DNA of 54,752 bases, counting the filler, from Sphacelaria rigidula (lineage: Eukaryota), in NCBI GenBank assembly GCA_964200075.2. It is 5 parts of 5 records of this genome, joined end to end, with 100 filler letters (N's around TTAATTAATTAA, not from the genome) between each part and the next. Parts side by side here need not be neighbours in the genome. Positions count along the whole stretch, not along the records: positions 43,883 to 54,752 come from CAXNAA020005764.1; 4 more parts are not named here. One strand, 5' to 3'. Below are positions 47,501 through 54,752 of the stretch, piece after piece (position 1 is the first letter of the stretch; each line of letters opens with the position of its first letter). The notes below the pieces were generated by a model that saw only the letters and a list, made by a program, of their open reading frames with translations, ran no database searches and was not told where the DNA came from. The position numbers were made by a program, and so were the translations under genes.

Positions 47501-49656
47501 AAAACGCTCTTCCCGTTACGAAAGCCTCGTCGTTGATGTTTGTAGTGCGGAGAGAGGGGGGGGGGTGCTAACGTATTCTACGCGATTGCTACTAGATCGC
47601 AGCGGAGGGGTTGTTTTGGTTGCATTAGTCGATGATGTTCCAGCTGCCAAGATTGATCGATTGATTGATTGATTGTCGCACTTTAACTGGCCCCCCAGGG
47701 GGATCCAGCCGTGATCGCACGGTGAAGGTACCCAAGACGAAACAAAACTGAAACGCTCGCTGCAGAATAACAAGAAGAAACAGAAAAAGTAGAGCAGAAC
47801 AACATGTTATTCTAGACTGAGACTAACTTGTATGGTAGTCAATCCCGAATCTGGCAGGACCCTCATTTGTGCCAAATCGGGGGTACCCAGATTCGCGAAT
47901 CTCACATCCGTTTGTACCTCTCAGTGGCGTCACAGATTTTTTGGAAATTGTTCTGTACGCGAACGGTCATTTTCTGGGTGTGTGTGGTCTCACCGTGAAA
48001 CCGAAGAACAGGCGGGCAGGGAATCACCCTCCAAGAGCAGCGTCGTACCGTGGTACCTTGAGGTATAATGCAGTGCATAACACTGCACAATCACAGTACA
48101 CGATTGTGCCGTGTGGCAATACATGGTGGTACAGCCGGTATTGCGAGAACGGTGCACGTGTGCGACAAGACTTCACGAGGGCAGTTTCATCGTTACCCTG
48201 CAAGTACAGCGACAGCAGGTTTTAGGATAGTACAGTACCTTTCGTTATGATGATACGTCAAGCAGTACAGTGCAGCATAGAATATTGCCATCGCCGCAGG
48301 GCACGGCGTCAACACTTCTTATCCGCTTGTCAAACCCCGTTCGTGGCTGCTTCAGCAGCCGGCGCTCGCAGGCACGGTCTGTGCTGTCACGAGCCCGCCT
48401 GCTGCTGTTGCTGCAAAAATATCAAACACCTGTTGCTCCATCACCCTACGTCGACATACGTACGTCACTTCCTACAGATTCGGGGGACCTGATTTTCCAC
48501 GGATCTGCGCTCAGATCCGTGGAACGCAGTTCTCAAGTCGTGTCAAACGAAGCTGAGCTTCCCCTCTTTGGGCCGAATCGGGGTCCATTCAATGCGTTTC
48601 CGGATCTAAGATCCCCCGATCTGCGTACAGATCCATATTTGTGACTGCCATACACGATGGTCTAAGACGTGAACAAAAGCAATGATGAAACAGGAAGAAG
48701 GAAATGACCGGTCTCTGCCACATGTCTTCGGCGTGTTGCCGCGTAATTTCGTCTCCTTGTTGGGCGTTGAAAATCATATGAAGTTGTACAGTGACGGGGC
48801 GAGACAGGAACGTGTGTCAGCTCCCCAGAAGCTTTAAAATACTCTCGAAGTTGTGCTCCATGTTGGCTGTGTGTGGGTTCCGGGTCAGAGCAGTCGTAGC
48901 GGCATCGGTAGATTAGTATCCGTATATATTAGTCTCGGACCGATTACTCCAAACATGAAATCAAGTCAAGAACATTCGCGCAGGCTCGCGATACAGGGTT
49001 GACGTGCTAGGCGTATACCCAGACAGAACAGTGTAAGCGTCCAGCTTCATTCTGCTCTCTGTGATGATTTATAGGCAACCGATTAGACTACCGCACAGTC
49101 AGCGCTAACTGTACGGTCGTCTAATCGGTTGCCTATAAATCGTAAAAAAAAAAAAGAGTTGGTCGCTGATTCGATTCCCGTCGGACGCACTTTCTTTGAA
49201 AAAAAGAGGGAAAGCCCACCTCCGGTTAAAAAAGGGTGATGGGGGAGAGTCCAATTCCCGAGCTGACTGCTAGGGACCGCAGTGCACACACTCTGGAAAT
49301 GAGAGGGGGAGACGAGCAACTCCGAATGGATATGTGTGGCAACATTAGACCGATACCGTGAGCGCGACCAGTTGAACAGCGCTGGCAAGGCGAGTCGCCC
49401 TCTTCGGAGTGGAAGTGACGGGGATCGAACCTCCACGACTAACTTTTGTGACGATTTATAGGCAACCGATTAGACTACCGTACAGTCGTCACATATCCTG
49501 ATACTTGACACTGACACATGCGCACGCGCTCTCACACCGTTTTTTTTATCTTCTTTCCAGGCCTCTACGATGAAGGTGATCGACGAATGCCACGGTCACT
49601 GGAAGAGCCTCGTGGACGGAAAGACGGACGCCGGCAAGATGTGGATCAAGAAGTAG
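44591..49656 (+). CDS. PPA: Soluble inorganic pyrophosphatase (family I), 5'-partial, last 4 exons
   Basis: Exons 44591-44651 (GDGDPVDVVEIG), 45554-45620 (VKPLGCLAMIDDGELDWK), 47053-47226 (VIAIDVNDP..IREWFRWYKTPD), 49561-49656 (..CHGHWKSL..TAG); all GT-AG and in phase. Confidence 0.93.
45765..46127 (-). mobile_element. tRNA-derived SINE, full length, intronic
   Basis: Minus strand GGTCACCCCGGTGGCTCAGTCGG..GGTTCGAACCTC head; same body and tail as 13709-14060. Confidence 0.87.
49066..49486. mobile_element. MITE 49108-49486 with long TIRs, abutting an extra TIR copy at 49066-49099
   Basis: ACTGTACGGTCGTCTAATCGGTTGCCTATAAATCG vs CGATTTATAGGCAACCGATTAGACTACCGTACAGT. Confidence 0.8.
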
Positions 49657-50479
49657 ATAATTCGATTCGATATGCTAGATTTCTTTTTTTTTGTGGTGGC
49701 GCGTGGATGGTGGGGTGGCGACATGAACCGAAAGTGCCGTCTGTCTCGCGAGTTTGCCATCTAGATTTCAGCGGTATGTACTTATATTCATCAGGGAGGG
49801 AGATGGAGCTGACGCGATAGCGCAGCGTCGCAATTCAGGCGCTTCGGTTAGTTTTTTGTTGGCTGGGCTTGGCTGGGGTTTGATCTGAGGCCTTTTCACG
49901 TCTAGGTAGGTAGATAACTGCGCTACTGGGTATGCCGGTTCTTGGGGTGTAATGGCACAAGAACGGTGCCGTAGGTGCAATGAAAAACGAAGGAACACGA
50001 GGCCGTTCTTGTACCCCCCCATTGGATAAATACAATAGTTGCGGACGTTTTTGTATTCAGGATAAGCCTTGGGAACATTTGTATGCATCGCAACATTTCC
50101 GGGAAAACATTCACATGTACTCTCCGACCATGATCCCTCGTAATATGTTGAATTGAGTATGGAACATTATGTGCGTCGTATCTCGAGATAGACGAACAAA
50201 CTAGGTGGAGATGAGGGTACCGATCGTTTCCCCGTGCTCCAGGAATTCTTCGGACCAAAAATCGTCATGATCCGCTCTGAATATCCTCCGGGGTTTCATA
50301 TAGACTTCAATATGGACCCTGTATCTACCGTCAGGTATAGGAATTATACACGACATGCATGACGTTCATTAACGAGAAAAATGGCCGAGGCTGTTGAGCA
50401 AGTAGGCATTTTCCATCTAGATTAGACGGTTAACCCTTTTGGAACTCACAATGGAAAAGTTGATCATTTGCACTTAACG

Positions 50480-50764
50480 TATTCGTGAGATTGAGAGTAG
50501 AGCGCTGATCGAGAGTGGCCTTGTTCATCCACTTCAACCTAGCCAATGTTGTATCCCTTTTGTGGTTCTCTTTTCCTCCATCACTAGCGTGTGCTTACCG
50601 TTACACGTCGATATCCTACTCAGGGATATTGAGGGCCTCAGTGGCAAGCTAATACAGAAAGCATCTCGGGCGTCGCTCTGGAGCATTTCGAAACTAAAAC
50701 GATTTAATTCACTATTTGACTGCTTTTCATTCTCAATCGTATCCTCTACTTCCAATCTCACGAA
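50480..50764. mobile_element. MITE, ~285 bp
   Basis: TTCGTGAGATTGAGAGTAGAG vs CTCTACTTCCAATCTCACGAA; inverted second copy at 52309-52611, short fragment near 21720-21770. Confidence 0.78.
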
Positions 50765-50771
50765 ATCATAC

Positions 50772-51969
50772 GAGCTGGGCCAGCCTAGAAACGGACTGGA
50801 GCTCTCAAAGCGATATCTCAAGGACACAGACGAGTTGGGCCGTGATCCGCATATCGTATGAATCGTCCAATCAAGGGGAAGGTGCCCATCTGCCCAAAAA
50901 TCTGGGCCAACTTTTTCTCGGCGAGTAAACCTCATGTATAGTAATTCCTATACCTAGCGGAGATAGCGTCTACACTACAATCTGTATGAAACCCCGAACG
51001 ATCGATCAAGCGGATGATGACGATTTTCGGTGTGGACCTCCCCCGGAGCACGGGGGGACGATATATTCCCTCAACTTCACCTAATTCATCTATCGAGATT
51101 TGACGCACATAGTACTCCATACTGAAATCAGTATATTATGAGCAGAGGAACTAGATGACCTAAATCTGGATATCGCGTCTCAGTTTTTGAGAGTTGTGCG
51201 ATGAAATTTGGACGGAGAACCGCTCGTGCGTAATGAAATTCAACACACGGCTTTCTCGGGGGTTTCTCGTTTTTTTTCATCTTGTTTTTTCGTGTTTTTA
51301 AGAGAGCTTTGAGGAGAAATGAACATTCCTCTTGGGCCTTATCTCAATTTTTCAGCTCAATTTTTGGAATTGTGACTTGAAACTTGGCATGGAGAACGAC
51401 GCAGGTATGCTGAGTAAAAAAATGGGCCTTCACTTTTTTTTCATGAGAGGTTCGGGCGCTCTCGTGAAAAAATGATCGTTACCACACTATAACACCTCAA
51501 TTAGTGAAGAATAAAACAAAACCTAATCTCACCCATTTTTCTTGGTTCATAACGACCTAGCAACGTCCCGCACAAAGTTTCAACCCACAAACACCAAATG
51601 TGGGCCGATAAACGGCCTGCAAAATATTGTTCCGAATTCCTGCCGACCCGGTTTTTTCAAAGGTAAATTCGCATTTTTTTTTCTTTGAGTTGGAAAGCGA
51701 AATTTGGTATGGACAATCAACAGGGCATGAAGAAAAGCTGTCTGTGAGGTCTCGACGACTTTTTTTTCTCATGAATTAAGGGCAATAATCACTTTTGATA
51801 TTTAGTAAAATGCCCTTGACTCACGAAAAAAAAAGAATCGTCGGGATCTCACAGACAGCCTTTCTTAATGCCCTGTTGATTGTCCGTACCAAATTTCACT
51901 TTCCAACTCCAAGAAAAAAATTGCGAATTCGCCTGCAAAGTTAAAATCCGCTTGTAGGCTGGCCCAGCC
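50772..51969. mobile_element. Second, shorter copy of the 15756-17805 TIR element, reversed
   Basis: GAGCTGGGCCAGCCTA..TAGGCTGGCCCAGC ends; internal foldback at about 51663-51932. Confidence 0.75.
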
Positions 51970-52308
51970 TGGAGTTAATTGACGGTATTTGAGCTAGATA
52001 TTTATGGTTGATTGTTCACAGCTCAATCGCTACAACAAGCACCCTATGCGTTGTTTTCAGACCCGTGCGAGTGACGACTGGAACAAAAGAAGGTTTCCTA
52101 TTTGCCCATGTGCCGTACCAGACCCTCGAACCTATTGCTGCTGTTTTCTGAATGGAATGTTCGAATGTTCCATATAATTTTTTCTTCTCAAGCGTTTCCG
52201 ATTTATTTGCCTTGAGTACATTGATATTGTGATCACGGCTGTATTGCTAGGGGATCAGTCAATGTGCGACAATTGATCAAAATAAATCATGTACAACGTA
52301 TAACGGTG

Positions 52309-52611
52309 TATTCGTGAAATTTAGAATAGAGGATACGATCGGGAGTGAAAAGCGGTCAATCCAAGGTCAATCAGTGAATAAATCGTTTCAGTTCCGAAAT
52401 GCCCCTCCACGAGGCCCAACACTTTCTGTACAAGTAGCTTAGCTTGACTCTGAGGCCCTTGATATCCCTGAGTATAGGATATCGACGTGTAGCTGTGAGC
52501 GCACGCAAATGATGGAGTCAAAGAAAATCACACAAATAATGAAAAATCGGTTAAGTTAAAGCGAGTGATCAAAGCCACTCTCAATCAGCGCCCTACTTCC
52601 AATCTCACGAA
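52309..52611. mobile_element. MITE, inverted copy of 50480-50764
   Basis: Shared core ACACGTCGATATCCTA..CTCAGGGATAT..AGGGCCTCAG in reverse complement. Confidence 0.78.
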
Positions 52612-52841
52612 AACGTTGTTGTATATGAACGATCCATCGCACCTGTTCATGAACCGCGGGTCTGTTGGGGTGGCACCTGTGCGGAGACGAAAGTGTAATA
52701 AAAAATAAGAAAAATCGAATCACGGTTATGCGATGTACAGCACAGCCGAGAGCTGCACTAGACTTGCACTGGAGGATGCGTGTGCTTCCTCCATCAAACA
52801 AATACCCAAGCGGGTGTGGGCGGAGAACTGAACCTCGAATT

Positions 52842-53693
52842 ATGAGATTGCCAGGCTTGACGCAATATCATACGAATAAATGCCCTGCATCTCTACCTCG
52901 TTTAGCGAAGACGTGGATTGTTTTACTCATCGCGACAGCGGTGAGCACGCTATCTCCCCGACATCACTCCACCTGCAGTGCCGCCGCAGTCTCAGGCACT
53001 TCGGCAGGCTACGGCACCGATCTCGCGGCAAAGGCCGCAGCCGCAGCCGCGGCAGATGCATCCCGTGCGGGGCTGGAGCGCCCAAACATACTCATCATCG
53101 TCGCAGACGACATGGGATGGAAAGACATCGGATTCCATGAGCGCCAGTTTTCAAGTCCAAGCTTAGATAGGATGGTCTCGGAAGGCGTCGAGTTGTCAAC
53201 CTTTTACACCGCACCCACTTGCACGCCGTCCCGCGCGCAGCTCATGACCGGTCGGTACAGCTTCCGCATTGGTATGCAAGACACTGTGCTGCACTCTACG
53301 GAGCCCCGGGGGGTTCCTTTGAACGAAGTATTCTTGGGGCAGAAGCTGCGGGCGGCGGGGTACTCGACAGCTATGGTGGGGAAATGGCATTTGGGGATGC
53401 ACATGCCGCAGTTTTTACCGAAGGCACGAGGGTTCGATTCGTTCTATGGGATCTTGACGGGCGGAGGCGGTCACTACAGTCACCAGTCTTCTAGCCAGGA
53501 TTACACCGCGCGCGGGGATAGGGCGGCGACGCGTGCGTTCACAGGGCCTAATCTGGTTGATGGACATCTCCTGTCCGACGACAATACGATGAATCATAAG
53601 CATAGCACGGAGCTGTACGCGACCAAGGCGGCGGAATATGTAACGGAGATGGCCAAGAAAGATGACCCCTGGTTCCTCTATCTGTCGTATCAG
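52842..53693 (+). CDS. Formylglycine-dependent (S1) sulfatase, arylsulfatase B-like, first exon, 3'-partial
   Basis: RPNILIIVADDMGW, catalytic CTPSRAQLMTGR, GYSTAMVGKWHLG, RGFDSFYG, PWFLYLSYQ then donor GTGAGC at 53694; hydrophobic segment WIVLLIATAVSTL. Start uncertain (in-frame ATGs at 52728, 52776, 52842). Confidence 0.92.
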
Positions 53694-54752
53694 GTGAGCT
53701 GGTTGCTTTGTGCGTCTTATGTCCTGGTTTTGGCGGGACAGACAGGTGTTTCCTACTCTAAAATGGTTGAGGTGATCGAGGTAATCGGCGTAGTGGCATT
53801 TCATGAAAGAAGCAAGGAGTTTCGCCAGGTAGAGATAAGCGAACTCAGCAACATTCACTGTTGTTGTGTGTCAAAAGTATTTGACTCCGGTATGCTTTGG
53901 TAAAGTGCCATCCCGTACAATACCACAGACTCAGTCTCATCTGTTGTATCATGCAGTTGGTCCCTTGGTGATATCATCTTCGTTCACGAGCAGTCCAGTA
54001 TGATACCCCGTACCTTTCTTCTTGTATTTAGGCAGCCGTGTGTCACTCAAGTCAGCGGTGCAGGCTACAAGTTTTCCTATGATGATTAACCCTTTTGATA
54101 CTGAAGCTCAGTATCAAGGGTTTCACCATCGTTCACCATCCATCAGTAAAATAATAATAAACAAGTCTGGGAGCGACCTCCCAATCTCAGCGAGGCGAAA
54201 TTTATCGACCACATCGTAACGACCAGTGGAGGGGGGGCTGCCGCCGGGAGTGATGCCACTGCAAAGTTGACGCACCCTGTCCCTGGCCCACTAATTAGCC
54301 TTCGAAGCAAAAAAAATAAAGTGGTCGGGGCTCGGATCCCCGATTTTTTTCATTTACTTGCATTTTATATAGGCCTGACCGCCGATCCCCCGATTTTTTT
54401 TGGGGCCACCATCCTGTAGTAAAACCTAACTGATAACACTAACACGTAGTGCTCGAGGGAAATTCGGGAATAAACGTACCCTACCAAATACTCCGGAGGA
54501 TATGGTCATGTTCACAAGGCGGCTGAATCTGGCAACGCTGTGGGATGACAGACGGGGCTAGAGGCATGAGTTCTGCGTATCCCTTTGTCGAAGCTGTATA
54601 TAGGCAGCTGATCTCCGTCGTGGAGAACTGCTCATAACATGTGAGGGAGTATGCAGCGGCAGCTGCTATTGCATTCGGAAAAGCGTGCTGCACTGTGCTG
54701 TATCTGCGGCGCAACGTCCATGCCGTTCGAAGAGAATTTGCCGCTTGCAACA

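Noticed and set aside
11639-53693. Sulfur-metabolism cluster (sulfotransferase, PPase, sulfatase)
   Set aside because: The sulfotransferase is on a different piece. Only PPase and sulfatase are truly adjacent, which alone shows no functional link.

Overview
Eukaryotic, intron-rich, repeat-rich DNA, most consistent with a brown alga (Phaeophyceae; inferred, not proven). The window is not one locus. It is five near-equal pieces (10871, 10871, 10870, 10870, 10870 bp) joined by artificial 100-bp spacers (44 N + TTAATTAATTAA + 44 N), so neighbourhood across spacers carries no information. Piece 1: a frameshifted minus-strand gene with about 27 IQ motifs, a LINE RT fragment, MITEs and two copies of a 41-bp-unit array. 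Piece 2: three exons of a sulfotransferase-like gene, tRNA-derived SINEs and TIR elements. Piece 3: nine exons of a Ric-8/synembryn-like gene. Piece 4: a decayed Ty3/Gypsy element carrying three nested insertions whose removal restores the reading frame exactly. Piece 5: the last four exons of a soluble inorganic pyrophosphatase and the first exon of an S1 sulfatase. The most interesting observation is that the repaired Gypsy integrase ends in a chromodomain-like module followed by a PWWP-like module, a possible self-encoded double chromatin reader. All identifications are by eye; no searches were run.
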